Shown: in pieces, positions 20,401 through 28,846 of the stretch
Numbering within the stretch: position 1 is the stretch's first letter
How the letters are laid out: each line of letters opens with the position of its first letter
IMG/VR virus record: IMGVR_UViG_3300047160_014082
Location: 1 to 64,000 of that record
Source of the DNA: a virus
Lineage: Duplodnaviria; Caudoviricetes
Length of the DNA stretch: 64,000 nucleotides
Strand: one strand, 5' to 3'
Made by a program: the position numbers and the translations under genes
The notes under the pieces: generated by a model
Databases searched by the model: none
Told to the model about the DNA's origin: nothing
The model's input: the letters and a program-made list of their open reading frames with translations, nothing else

Positions 20401-20612
20401 CCGAGCTAGCTGGATTGTTCACGGGTCTGTCTGGCAGCCGTTATCAGTATACTCTGGTGAATCCTCCCCAAAACGGCCAGCCACAAGGAACGCTCACCGT
20501 TACCATCAAGGATCTGAACGGTAACATATCTACAGTCAAGCGGACGTTCCTGGTGACGCCACCAATGCAGGCCCGGAAGGGACCGGCCAAGGCGCCGGCC
20601 AAGAAGAAGTAA
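17436..20612 (+). CDS. Exported hydrazine-synthase-alpha-like beta-propeller protein with two CxxCH motifs
   Basis: Signal peptide; propeller repeats (LPNGQICFTSSR, LQDGRIAYSS); LGEVP...SFLAVIP..TPFTFQLVNKRGMAL...W..L.PGE..NCGGCH; KCVSCH. Confidence 0.7.
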   Translation: MDMFRRLHLAFCIGALCLMGLAAARGLYTLPPAPQAQKPEPADKAPKAKAPLPVAARSYPVMSVTLKTLPQPGVNLDYDIFYVRCPRPQDPTKAPILPDIARPLAQPLGSDIMRWSHVDGSETLFAAAGNGAYADLKMSFDGNYLYATYYNDQSGLDFSGNVFTAKGADVWKFNIATGQGTNLTANVGYDVNTGAVPWGPDLLSTSPPKGKVSIGFKVFNIHPCPLPNGQICFTSSRHGLAPHKNGNHHPALQLCVMNEDGTNLTTIGPMHIGTALHPICLQDGRIAYSSMESQGLRSGKWWGTWGIHPDGTNWEPLWSAFPYSETSSFHFQTQLSNGNIVNEVYYTSNDFGMGTLGLFAPSTPQGFFQFGPGDPNDPRNVNFPTGPVRSPARFPFTPYLLTALTPWATFFDDAADLSDPNNPNSTRVGKLTHPGAAADNHLLASWSNGPVCSNVSVNPHTPYPNNQIVLIVGGQPTTQPGDMVAIGTLDPLYNKTWPTAGCSYMRLCGLAQPRVIAPLANDGSINSNLPEGTPFGLIGTSSVYKRESYPQGKVTAPSVTAGFNGVPPDDVAKGFPLTAQTAQTTNFFKQGGDHGLYSNDDIVAMRILQLEPPSLRMRGGPVNLTNYVQFQGRLWYNSAYERMKILGEVPLRHFNGGVQLTDPDGNPDTSFLAVIPSLTPFTFQLVNKRGMALTTAQTWHQLEPGELRWNCGGCHAHSQRPTSVLQTAAGQPGYVPLDLTAKTWLLTAKANDQYGQQLNVANDVGLRYVTTGPVMFDFYRDIKPILVAKCVSCHTTTANPPPMNLAFDRTGRETIPSTGTQVPTEYFVFGADENFKYAPIPPTYPAGFLPYRSVYAASRIIAYKQQSLRSILAWKLENARTDGWQNGVLNDNLDFVGTQCQANAVTTDEEKRLFYRWIDTCCSVDLDPDGTQWGLFCNDQRPSLNVTIPAPGANTSFTRILLGGFSYNLDPKSLSVKADFVIDGNPAGTELAGLFTGLSGSRYQYTLVNPPQNGQPQGTLTVTIKDLNGNISTVKRTFLVTPPMQARKGPAKAPAKKK

Positions 20613-20619
20613 GAGGCAG

Positions 20620-21231
20620 ATGATGAACTTCAAGCAAACGAACCAGAACCAGGGGGACGTGTACAACGTCCCCCACCTCTACACCAGGCCGCTCTGTTGG
20701 GCGGGCTTTCTGGATATGGATGGAACTCTGGTAGATTTTCGCGCGGGCGCCCTCAAGGCCCACGGCTGGACCTTGCCCGATGACGATGGCGAGTACGAAT
20801 TTTGGAAGAAATTTGAAGTTACGGCTTCCGACTTCTGGGGGCCGCTACGCAACGAAGAGTTTTGGGCCAATCTGCAACCAACTCCAGAAGCGTTCAATCT
20901 GGTGTTGTTGGCCGAGAAGTATTTTGGCGTCGATAACGTCTTCCTCTGTTCCAGTGGTGCCTGCCCGCGTTCTGGGATCGGCAAGCTGATGTGGATCGAA
21001 AAGTACCTGCCCCACTATCGGGGCAGAGTCCAGCTGTTGGGGCCGGATAAGTACAAGATGGCCCGTCCGGGGTATGTACTTATCGATGATTACGATTTGT
21101 ACATTGAACAATGGCGTATGGCAGGCGGACACGCCATCACCTTCCCGCGTCCCTGGAACACGATGCATGCCGCGTCCGTTTCCCAGTTGCGTGTTGTCGA
21201 GCAAGGGCTAAAACTCTACATGGGAGGCTGA
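20620..21231 (+). CDS. HAD-family 5'(3')-deoxyribonucleotidase-like protein
   Basis: FLDMDGTLVDF, FWANL.P, K..WIEKY, VLIDD motifs. Confidence 0.85.
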   Translation: MMNFKQTNQNQGDVYNVPHLYTRPLCWAGFLDMDGTLVDFRAGALKAHGWTLPDDDGEYEFWKKFEVTASDFWGPLRNEEFWANLQPTPEAFNLVLLAEKYFGVDNVFLCSSGACPRSGIGKLMWIEKYLPHYRGRVQLLGPDKYKMARPGYVLIDDYDLYIEQWRMAGGHAITFPRPWNTMHAASVSQLRVVEQGLKLYMGG

Positions 21232-21233
21232 CT

Positions 21234-21902
21234 ATGGCCGGGGAAATCCAAGCTCGGGGCTTGCCAACAGGCCAGACGGCTTACGCCTTGATCCATAATG
21301 GCATCGGCCAATACTGGAACATAGCCACGACGCTGTTTGAGAACTTCACCGGCGCCAACTTTGCAAACTATGCGGTTAGCATCGTGGAGCAAGGCTCGAC
21401 CGGTTGCTACGTCGGCACCTTCCCGCCACAGATCACCGCGGGCGTGTACGGCATCGAAGCACGCTTGCAGCTGGGTGGTTCCCCGGCCCAGTCTGATCCG
21501 AGTGTAGCAGGCGAGAATTTCCAGTGGCAAGGCTCAGCTGTTTTGCCCCTGTCCGCTCTGGCGTCGTCGGGACAGGTTAGCCAGATCTTGTTCCAACGTA
21601 TTCCCAAGGGGGTGATGATTCCGAACTATCCCATTTGGCTTGTGCTGGCTACCGATCACATCAGCGATTTCGTTAGCGGCTCGGCCATCAGTGGTCAGAT
21701 CAAGCGTGACGCTGGGAACTGGGGGCCGCTCCAGAGTGGGAGCTTTACGGAATGGGGCTTTGGCAACTACACTGTTACCCTGACGTCTGGCGACCTCAAC
21801 GGCAATTCCATCAGCGTACGCTTCCAGGGGGCCAATCTGACGGGGGGTCTGAGCGATCCCTACAAGGTAACGTTCCTCACCAATCCCGTAAGTGGGAGTT
21901 AA
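21234..21902 (+). CDS. Putative virion structural protein (two Ig-like beta domains), SG-enriched C-terminal half
   Basis: GGAGG RBS before ATG 21234; 6 SG dipeptides. Confidence 0.6.
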   Translation: MAGEIQARGLPTGQTAYALIHNGIGQYWNIATTLFENFTGANFANYAVSIVEQGSTGCYVGTFPPQITAGVYGIEARLQLGGSPAQSDPSVAGENFQWQGSAVLPLSALASSGQVSQILFQRIPKGVMIPNYPIWLVLATDHISDFVSGSAISGQIKRDAGNWGPLQSGSFTEWGFGNYTVTLTSGDLNGNSISVRFQGANLTGGLSDPYKVTFLTNPVSGS

Positions 21903-21904
21903 GC

Positions 21905-22114
21905 ATGGTCATCGATCATCATAGTGTCGTCGGCGCGGCCATAAGTGTTCCGCCTACTGCGGAATTCATCCTGGCGGTTCCCCCCATTGGTGGGGGTGGC
22001 GTTGGCCTGGGCGGACCCCCGACCTACCAGCCCCCCGTCAAACAAGCCAGTAGCTCGCCGGCAACGATTACCCTTCAGGCCAGCTCCCGAGTAATCGACG
22101 TCCCGCCGGTTTGA
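21905..22114 (+). CDS. Small hypothetical protein
   Basis: GGAG RBS, ATG directly after the preceding stop. Confidence 0.5.
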   Translation: MVIDHHSVVGAAISVPPTAEFILAVPPIGGGGVGLGGPPTYQPPVKQASSSPATITLQASSRVIDVPPV

Positions 22115-22129
22115 TATATTGATTTGCTA

Positions 22130-22159
22130 TTGCCCTAAATTCGCCCCTTCGGGTAGGGT
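22130..22159 (+). promoter_or_regulatory. Promoter TTGCCC-N18-TAGGGT
   Basis: Flanks GCTATTGCCC...TAGGGTAGTC are identical to the 37765 site. Confidence 0.65.
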
Positions 22160-22168
22160 AGTCTTCGA

Positions 22169-22435
22169 ATGCCGAGTTGGATGTTCGATACAAGGGGCCG
22201 GATTGTGGAAGAGAAGCAGGACAAAAGCCTTCTGGAGGGTATGGAAATCAAGGAGAGCCCGAGCTACCGGGAAGCCATGGGTAAGGCGCATGTCATCCAG
22301 GAAGCGGGTATCAATGACGTAGATTGGGCCGTTGTTGGGCACTGCCCAAAGTGTGGCTGCCCGATCTACGGACCCAAGGTGGTCCCGGCGGGGCGGATCC
22401 CCACGCTTCACAAGAGCTGTACTTGTTGCGTATAG
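22169..22435 (+). CDS. Small protein with a CPKCGC zinc-ribbon-like motif
   Basis: GHCPKCGCPIY...SCTC; directly downstream of a promoter. Confidence 0.6.
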   Translation: MPSWMFDTRGRIVEEKQDKSLLEGMEIKESPSYREAMGKAHVIQEAGINDVDWAVVGHCPKCGCPIYGPKVVPAGRIPTLHKSCTCCV

Positions 22436-22550
22436 CGCCAAATCGCCCAGGATCGCTCTGGACGCGATCATCATTGAAAACTGTCCCCCAAACCTTCTTT
22501 GCATGATGATCGCGTCCTGAACGAAGCTAGGGCCTATCCAGGCCAAACGA

Positions 22551-22788
22551 GCCTTTCCTCCTGGGCAGGGGAAGGACCGACCCTGAGCGGAGCACCCTTC
22601 CGCTCAGGGTTTTAAGCCAGCAAGAGGGGGCCTTTCTCGTTTGAGAGAGCGGGGAAGGGCCTCATACTCCCCCGGGGGGGACTCGTAGTTCCCCCCGGTT
22701 TTTGACTTTCGCAGTGGCGGAAGCCTTCCCTTGAGCAAGGAAGGTCATAGCCCCGGGGGGGCAGTCACTCCTCCCCCCCGGGGTTTTT
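22551..22788 (+). ncRNA. Three tandem structured units (CCTT..AAGG hairpin, short linker, GC terminator hairpin, U-tract)
   Basis: Units at 22551-22613, 22629-22703 and 22723-22788 share architecture; no credible ORF. Confidence 0.55.
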
Positions 22789-22821
22789 GTTCGGGTTGGG
22801 TTATATTGGTCTGCTATAGCC

Positions 22822-23016
22822 ATGAGTCAACAGGGCGTCACCATCTTCATTGCGGGGCCGGAACGACACGAGCGCTTGCGCGAGTTGTCCCTGCGCACGG
22901 ACCTAAGCATGGCCGAATGGATGCGGCGAATGCTGGATCATTGCCTGGCCGAGCCGGTGTTGAACCAGCTGGCACCGGCCTGGTCGGGACAATTAAATAA
23001 TCGGGAGGTCCGTTAA
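22822..23016 (+). CDS. Ribbon-helix-helix (CopG/Arc-like) DNA-binding protein
   Basis: VTIFI strand followed by HERLRELS..TDLSMAEWMRRML helices. Confidence 0.7.
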   Translation: MSQQGVTIFIAGPERHERLRELSLRTDLSMAEWMRRMLDHCLAEPVLNQLAPAWSGQLNNREVR

Positions 23017-23681
23017 TGCCCGGTAGTTGGGAACTGATGCAAAATGTTCAAGTACAGTGTTATACATTGCACACCGAGCTGACAACCCTGGCTTGGTCTT
23101 ACGGCTGGCGCAACCTGATCATCCCGGGCAACCTGGCGCCTCTGCCTACGACAGGGATGCCTTTCGACCATGCCCGCAACGACGCTACCCAGCATGCCCT
23201 GAACGTTGGCGCCGATTGGATCTTTTCGCTCGACTCGGACGTGATCCCACCCCATGATGCTCTTATACGGTTGATCGCCCGCGGTCTACCGATCATATCG
23301 GGAACCTATCATCGGCGCTCCCCTCCCGAAGGTGTTCCGGTAGCCCAGAAAAACGGCCAATGGTTTGTTCATCCCCCGGCGAACAAGATTGCCGAAGTCG
23401 ATGTTGTTGGTGCCGGCTGTCTACTGGTGCATCGCAGCGTATTCGAGAAGCTGCCGTACCAGCGACCGAAAGAGGGTAAGAAGTGGTTCGATTGGCGTGT
23501 GGACAAGCGCGGCCTGGAACCACCCGGCGCGTCCATGAGTGAAGATTTCACCTTCTGCAACTGGGCACGGATGCACGGTTACAAGATCTATCTGGACCTG
23601 TCCGTGCAGTGCCGTCATGCGGGCTCTGCCGAAGCAACCTACGGTCAGCTCAAACCCCTACAAACCCTTTCGGTGACCTGA
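23016..23681 (+). CDS. GT-A fold (GT2-like) glycosyltransferase
   Basis: DHARN, IFSLDSD (DxD), VVGAGCLLVHRSVF, SEDFTFC. Confidence 0.85.
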   Translation: MPGSWELMQNVQVQCYTLHTELTTLAWSYGWRNLIIPGNLAPLPTTGMPFDHARNDATQHALNVGADWIFSLDSDVIPPHDALIRLIARGLPIISGTYHRRSPPEGVPVAQKNGQWFVHPPANKIAEVDVVGAGCLLVHRSVFEKLPYQRPKEGKKWFDWRVDKRGLEPPGASMSEDFTFCNWARMHGYKIYLDLSVQCRHAGSAEATYGQLKPLQTLSVT

Positions 23682-23709
23682 TGTATGAACTGACTGAAAA
23701 GGATCTGTA

Positions 23710-24240
23710 ATGAAGCAAGCAAGCAAAATTCTGCACAACTGGACGGGACACGATCTGAAATGGTGGCTCAATCGGGTTGGTGTGCTGATCGGGGAAAGTT
23801 CCTATCCGATGAAGGGAAAGGGAAACGAAGGCCTGTACAACACCAATACGGTCAAGTGGATCACCAAGCTGTCCGAAGAAATGCGGTCCTTCGCCGAGAA
23901 TCGCATTCCCATTGCCGCGGATGGGAACTTGGTTATGTCCTGCCTGGTAGGTCTCATCCTGATGGCCTTCTTCTACCGCTGTGGCCGGGCTAAGTGTTAC
24001 GATCCGCGCCGGGATCCTCGTGACCGGCGCATGGCTCTGAAGCGTATGGCAATGTACGCCCAGATGTTTGCAGAAGTTCTATTGGACGACACCCAGGATC
24101 CCAAGTTGTTCCCAGATCAGGAATGGGATCATCCGTTTGCCAAGAAAGCCCATCACGAGCCGGATCGGGTTGAAAAACTACGTAAGGACTTCGAGAAGCG
24201 CGAACAGGCCAAGCGGAAGAAGAAAGAAGCTAAGGCATGA
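23710..24240 (+). CDS. Hypothetical protein
   Basis: Operonic ORF whose stop overlaps the next start. Confidence 0.6.
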   Translation: MKQASKILHNWTGHDLKWWLNRVGVLIGESSYPMKGKGNEGLYNTNTVKWITKLSEEMRSFAENRIPIAADGNLVMSCLVGLILMAFFYRCGRAKCYDPRRDPRDRRMALKRMAMYAQMFAEVLLDDTQDPKLFPDQEWDHPFAKKAHHEPDRVEKLRKDFEKREQAKRKKKEAKA

Positions 24241-25295
24241 GAATTTGTGTCATATCGACCCCCGTGTTTCGCATGCCGGTTGCTGGTTACTCCGGCCTGG
24301 AGCATCTAGCCTGGCAGATCGCCGCCGGCCTGGCAGCGCAAGGTCATTGGGTATCCCTCATCGGCCCTGATGGCACCAGCTGTCCGAACGTGGATTGCAT
24401 CGCGTTCGGACCGGAACGTTCTTGTGATGAGAAGACGGCTTATTCGCGCTACTGGCACCGTCTGCCCGATTATGACGTCATCATTGATCATACCTGGGGC
24501 AAATGGAGTTACATGCTCAAGGCGGAAGGCAAGCTCAAGGCGCCGGTACTGGGGGTTTGTCATGCCCCGGTCAACACCATGTACCAGCAGTGGCCTCCGG
24601 TCTTTCCGATCCCGAATTCCCAGCCCGTCACAAAGGGCTGTGCTGTTTGCATCAGTCAGGATCAGGCCAATCACTTCCAAGCCTTATTTAGCGCTCCGGC
24701 GCGCGTAGCCTACAACGGCATCGATCTGGACTTCTACAAGCCGATGTCGGTCAAGCGGAACGATCCCTACTTGTTCCTGGCGCGTTTCTCTACCATCAAA
24801 GGTCCGGATATAGCCATCGCAGCTTGCATGGCGGTTGGGGCCAAGCTGAACCTGGTGGGCGATACCCAAATTACCCAGGAGCCCGAGTATTTTGCCCGTT
24901 GTAAGAGCATGTGTGATGGGGTTAATATCAAGCTGGTCGGCCCGGCAACGCGCGGGGAATGCGTTTACTGGTTCTCGCGCAGTCTGGCATTGTTGCATCC
25001 GAACCAGCGTTTCCGGGAACCGTTCGGCCTGGCGCCCATCGAAGCGCAGGCATGTGGCTGCCCTGTCATCGCCTGGGACCTTGGGGCTATGCGTGAGACA
25101 GTCAAGCATGGTGAGACCGGCATGCTGGTGTCGAGCCCGGAGGAATTTGCTGCCCAGGTCAAGCTCGGCCTGACCGGCGTTCCTGATACGGTACGCAAGA
25201 AATGTCGTGAATGGGCATCGCAGTTTTCTATACAGCGCATGGGAGCGCGCTACGCGGAACTATGCACGGAAGCGGTGAATACCGGAGGGTGGTAG
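24237..25295 (+). CDS. GT4 (GT-B) glycosyltransferase
   Basis: YSGLEH, YNGID, LFLARF...KG, EPFGLAPIEAQACGCPV. Confidence 0.9.
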   Translation: MRICVISTPVFRMPVAGYSGLEHLAWQIAAGLAAQGHWVSLIGPDGTSCPNVDCIAFGPERSCDEKTAYSRYWHRLPDYDVIIDHTWGKWSYMLKAEGKLKAPVLGVCHAPVNTMYQQWPPVFPIPNSQPVTKGCAVCISQDQANHFQALFSAPARVAYNGIDLDFYKPMSVKRNDPYLFLARFSTIKGPDIAIAACMAVGAKLNLVGDTQITQEPEYFARCKSMCDGVNIKLVGPATRGECVYWFSRSLALLHPNQRFREPFGLAPIEAQACGCPVIAWDLGAMRETVKHGETGMLVSSPEEFAAQVKLGLTGVPDTVRKKCREWASQFSIQRMGARYAELCTEAVNTGGW

Positions 25296-25742
25296 ATGAA
25301 AGAATTCACGCAAATTATTCCGGCTCTGGTCTACACCACGATTCAGGCTGAGAACGCCGAAGAGGCGCAGCGGATTATCCTGACCATGGCCGGACAGCGC
25401 CTCCGGGTCAGGATCGAACAGGAAAATTGCCCCAACATCGACGTCAAAGTCACCTTCAGCCTATCCCATCCGGTCGCAGGCTACGAAGAGGAGCCCTCCG
25501 CTCCCGCAGGGTGTGGTCTGGGCTGGAAAAATACTTGGTACACCTATGAGCAGATGAAGAATTTGGACTTTGGCTGTTACTCGGAAGACAGCTATACCTG
25601 GACGGAGAAGGATGGGGTGAAGGGTTGTTATGTCCAGGAAGGATTTTGTGATATTCATGGACTAATTTGTTCCCAATTGGGTAGCATGAGTAGTCCGGAC
25701 CAGCTACGGCACCCTTGTGGAGCGCCGAAACATGGATCTTGA
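25296..25742 (+). CDS. Hypothetical protein
   Basis: GGAGG RBS; adjacent to the upstream stop. Confidence 0.55.
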   Translation: MKEFTQIIPALVYTTIQAENAEEAQRIILTMAGQRLRVRIEQENCPNIDVKVTFSLSHPVAGYEEEPSAPAGCGLGWKNTWYTYEQMKNLDFGCYSEDSYTWTEKDGVKGCYVQEGFCDIHGLICSQLGSMSSPDQLRHPCGAPKHGS

Positions 25743-25998
25743 TTGGACTTTTGCCAGCCCAGAGCCGATCAACGCCAGTACCCACGTTGTAGCAATCGTG
25801 TCGAGTGTGCTGTTCGGCTTTGTGTTCTTTTACACCCTGTCTTGGTGCTGGCGGGTCATGATGGAACGCTGGATGCGTGCTCATTTCATGAATGACAGCC
25901 CGACCATGCGCGACATTCAACGTGCCCGGCTGTTGGAAATTATGATGGCCCGGGTAGAGCGTACCGATCAGGAATTCGAAGAGGGGGCGGGGATATGA
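25732..25998 (+). CDS. Small membrane protein
   Basis: One hydrophobic segment VVAIVSSVLFGFVFFYTLSW. Confidence 0.55.
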   Translation: MDLDWTFASPEPINASTHVVAIVSSVLFGFVFFYTLSWCWRVMMERWMRAHFMNDSPTMRDIQRARLLEIMMARVERTDQEFEEGAGI

Positions 25999-26168
25999 GG
26001 TCCATTGACGAGCTGCGCAAGGTGGTTCAGGAGTTGCGCAAGTTTGGCAAGTTCCCGCCGTCCCATCCCCGTCCCGATGACCAGGTGCGTTACCTGGTCG
26101 CCTATGTCCACAAGTTGGAAAAGGAATTGGCCGAACGTCGTAAACAAGATCGGAGCTTCTTTGCATGA
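25995..26168 (+). CDS. 57-aa hypothetical protein not in the ORF track
   Basis: MRSIDELRKVVQELRKFG...RSFFA*; ATGA overlaps with both neighbours. Confidence 0.55.
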   Translation: MRSIDELRKVVQELRKFGKFPPSHPRPDDQVRYLVAYVHKLEKELAERRKQDRSFFA

Positions 26169-26452
26169 CCAAGAGTAAATTCACCTATCGCCCGCGGAAC
26201 AATATGGTGGTCTGTCAGCGCGTTCCGCGCGGTGAGACGGCATCAGGTATTTCGGTGCCGACCGAAAGTGCTGAAGGCCATCGTTGGTACGTTGTTGCCA
26301 TCGGCCCCCAGGTCGAAGACTTGGAAATCGGGGATGAGGTGCTAGTGGGTGGCGTTCCGGGCACCCACTACGGCCAGATCCCAACGGAAAAACATCTATG
26401 GATGGTCAATGAGGTTAATTGTCTGGCGGTAGTCGGGAAAGACGAGACATGA
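26165..26452 (+). CDS. groES: GroES/Cpn10-like co-chaperonin
   Basis: RPRNNMVV...ETASGISVP...VVAIGP...LEIGDEVL...NE..CLAVV. Confidence 0.8.
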   Translation: MTKSKFTYRPRNNMVVCQRVPRGETASGISVPTESAEGHRWYVVAIGPQVEDLEIGDEVLVGGVPGTHYGQIPTEKHLWMVNEVNCLAVVGKDET

Positions 26453-27537
26453 GCTTCCATCTATATCTAACAGCTGATGATGTTGGTTCTGCTACGGGTG
26501 GTGGTATAGTTACGGCCCAGGAACTTACCGCCCTAAGTGATCTGGGCATGACCGAAATCTGGGCGCGTAAGCATCTGGAGACCGTCAGAGTCCCTAATTA
26601 TAGCCTGGGCCTGGGTATTCCCCCCTGGGAATGGGATCAGGCTTTCCTGACGGCTTGCGGTTCTGCCGAAAGGGGCCGTTGGGACCTGGCTCATGTTTAC
26701 TCGGGGACGTTCCCCAAGTCAGTGCCCTTTCTGAAGTCCCTGGGGGTTAAGGTCACTTACACGGCCGCGGCCCATAACATCAAGAAGTCACAAGAAGAAC
26801 ACGTACGCTTGGGGATCCCCTATGTCTACCCTCACCTCACCGAACCTGTATTGCTCGATCACTACCTGGCCGGTTATCGTGCCGCGGACGTCGTGGTGTG
26901 TCCTTCCCGGATGTCCGCAGATATTATGCGAGGGTTTGGCTGTCAACGGGTTGAGGTTATCCCGCATGGCACCGATCGTGCCGTGTCTGAAATACAACCC
27001 CTACCGGGGACTTTCACGGTGGGTTACTTGGGTGCAACTGGACCCGACAAGGGACTGAGGTACTTGCTGGAAGCCTGGCGGAAGTTAGATTATCACAACG
27101 AGGCTGAGTTGCTTCTAGCTGGTAAGGATTCCCAAAGCCCATTCATGCAAGGCCTGGTGCGGCAGTTTGCACCCAATACCCGAGTCCAGTTTTTGGGCTG
27201 GGTCGAGAACGTCAGCGATTTCTACAACAACATTTCGCTGTACGTACAGCCGAGCGTCACGGAAGGTTTCGGCATCGAAGTCCTGGAAGCCATGGCCCAC
27301 GGCCGGGTGCCTTTGGTATCTGATGGCGCCGGCGCTGTTGACTGTTTACCATCGCCTAATTCCATATGTCGCTTCCCGGCCCGAGACGTTGATGGCCTAG
27401 CAGAGAGGATCCATCAGGCCAAGCATAACTGGGCGTTGGACGCGGCGGGGGTGACCGCTCGCAACCACGTTGCGGCCTACTATACCTGGGACCTGATTCG
27501 CGCTCAGTACCAAGCGCTTTGGAGAAGCTTACTATGA
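26449..27537 (+). CDS. GT4 (GT-B) glycosyltransferase
   Basis: VIPHG, GYLG...DKG, PSVTEGFGIEVLEAMAHG. Confidence 0.9.
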   Translation: MSFHLYLTADDVGSATGGGIVTAQELTALSDLGMTEIWARKHLETVRVPNYSLGLGIPPWEWDQAFLTACGSAERGRWDLAHVYSGTFPKSVPFLKSLGVKVTYTAAAHNIKKSQEEHVRLGIPYVYPHLTEPVLLDHYLAGYRAADVVVCPSRMSADIMRGFGCQRVEVIPHGTDRAVSEIQPLPGTFTVGYLGATGPDKGLRYLLEAWRKLDYHNEAELLLAGKDSQSPFMQGLVRQFAPNTRVQFLGWVENVSDFYNNISLYVQPSVTEGFGIEVLEAMAHGRVPLVSDGAGAVDCLPSPNSICRFPARDVDGLAERIHQAKHNWALDAAGVTARNHVAAYYTWDLIRAQYQALWRSLL

Positions 27538-27836
27538 GACAGCTACTTGTCAAGATTCTGCTTCGGGATGGACAGTTCTTCCAAATCGTGTACGACGAGG
27601 ACCGAGCGCACGCTCTGGTGCGGGATTGGGCGTCGGGACAATTTGCCCTCAAAGGGTTCAAAATCATCGGTGATTGGGCATCCCCAATGCCTTGGGCGTT
27701 GGCTCTGGATGCCATTATTGGTATGCATGTGATGGATATGGATGAACTGCGCCGGGCGCATGAAGCTCAGCAACAGAACCTACAACGGATTCCTCCGTAT
27801 GGCTCGCAGGGTTCCCCTTTTGGAAAGGGTGTGTAG
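27534..27836 (+). CDS. Hypothetical protein
   Basis: ATG overlaps the upstream stop; operonic. Confidence 0.55.
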   Translation: MRQLLVKILLRDGQFFQIVYDEDRAHALVRDWASGQFALKGFKIIGDWASPMPWALALDAIIGMHVMDMDELRRAHEAQQQNLQRIPPYGSQGSPFGKGV

Positions 27837-28582
27837 TGGCTACCATCTGCGAATACATCAAGAGGGAAATTCCTCCCGAATGGGATACGATGATGATTCG
27901 GGAGTTGATCGCTGAAGAAGCCCGATGTCCCCAGTGTTTTGTTCTCCAGAAAAACAAGAATTGGGACCGCTGGGTCTGTCCCTCGCCAACGGGCTGGAGT
28001 GCCCTACACTGGAGCCGGCAAGGGGAGTATCCTTGGGTGCTGCGGAACCTGTCAGGACTGCCGAAGACGTCTTCGATTCTGGATGTGGGTGGGGGCTGTA
28101 CTCTGGATCGGTTTCTGGCCCGGCACGTCGATTCCCTGACGGTAGTAGATACCGACCCCAAAGCCTTAACTCACTTTCAAGCAACGGCTGAGTTGCAAAA
28201 CATTAAAACTATGCAATTCATCCAGGGGGATGCCCGGGACTTGCCGATTCCCGATGACGTATTCGATATAGTCCTATCGGTGTCTGTTATAGAACATATT
28301 CCAGGCAGCTGCGCTACGTGCTTTGCGGAATTGGTTCGGGTATGCAAGCCAGGGGGACTGGTCTTGTGTACCATGGACGTATTGCTACGTACGGACGCCG
28401 CGGACCGGGACGACAATTTTTGTGTAGGACGGGCAACTGCGTCGGCTCTGCTTCAGCAGTGGAAGGTCCCCATCCCGAACCCAACCATGAATCCTTTAGG
28501 GGCCTACCTGAAGAAAGAGGACTGTCAGATTATGCCTATTATGATCCGTTATGAGAAGCCGGTGACCGGGGGCGTAGGATGA
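27836..28582 (+). CDS. Class I SAM-dependent methyltransferase
   Basis: ILDVGGG, VVDTD, GDARDL, FDIVLSVSVIEHI, LVRVCKPGG. Confidence 0.88.
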   Translation: MATICEYIKREIPPEWDTMMIRELIAEEARCPQCFVLQKNKNWDRWVCPSPTGWSALHWSRQGEYPWVLRNLSGLPKTSSILDVGGGCTLDRFLARHVDSLTVVDTDPKALTHFQATAELQNIKTMQFIQGDARDLPIPDDVFDIVLSVSVIEHIPGSCATCFAELVRVCKPGGLVLCTMDVLLRTDAADRDDNFCVGRATASALLQQWKVPIPNPTMNPLGAYLKKEDCQIMPIMIRYEKPVTGGVG

Positions 28583-28836
28583 GTGATTTCCAAGATCTTC
28601 TGGGCCGTAAGGTCACTATCTGCCCGCACATTGCAGCCGTATCAGGTTGTAATCCTGTTACTTGGTATAGCTGTCCCTTGATAACTCCAGGGGAAGTGAC
28701 CTTGCCGGACGGAACCAGGGAAATCGTTTTTGGGTCTATCGTGTGCCCGGCCTGTTGGGAAGAATGTGACCATTTCAACAAGCCAGCGCGGATCGGCCGA
28801 ATTGTAACTTTTGGTGTCCAAGGTGATCTGAATTAG
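28579..28836 (+). CDS. Small Cys-containing hypothetical protein
   Basis: Operonic; CPACW. Confidence 0.5.
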   Translation: MSDFQDLLGRKVTICPHIAAVSGCNPVTWYSCPLITPGEVTLPDGTREIVFGSIVCPACWEECDHFNKPARIGRIVTFGVQGDLN

Positions 28837-28846
28837 GAGACCTCCC

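Noticed and set aside
17436-20612. Anammox auxiliary metabolism
   Set aside because: Only an HzsA-like paralogue; no hzsB/hzsC or hydrazine dehydrogenase-like multihaem genes
22551-22788. CRISPR mini-array or tRNA cluster
   Set aside because: The units are not identical direct repeats with unique spacers, and there is no cloverleaf, T-loop (GTTCRA) or CCA end
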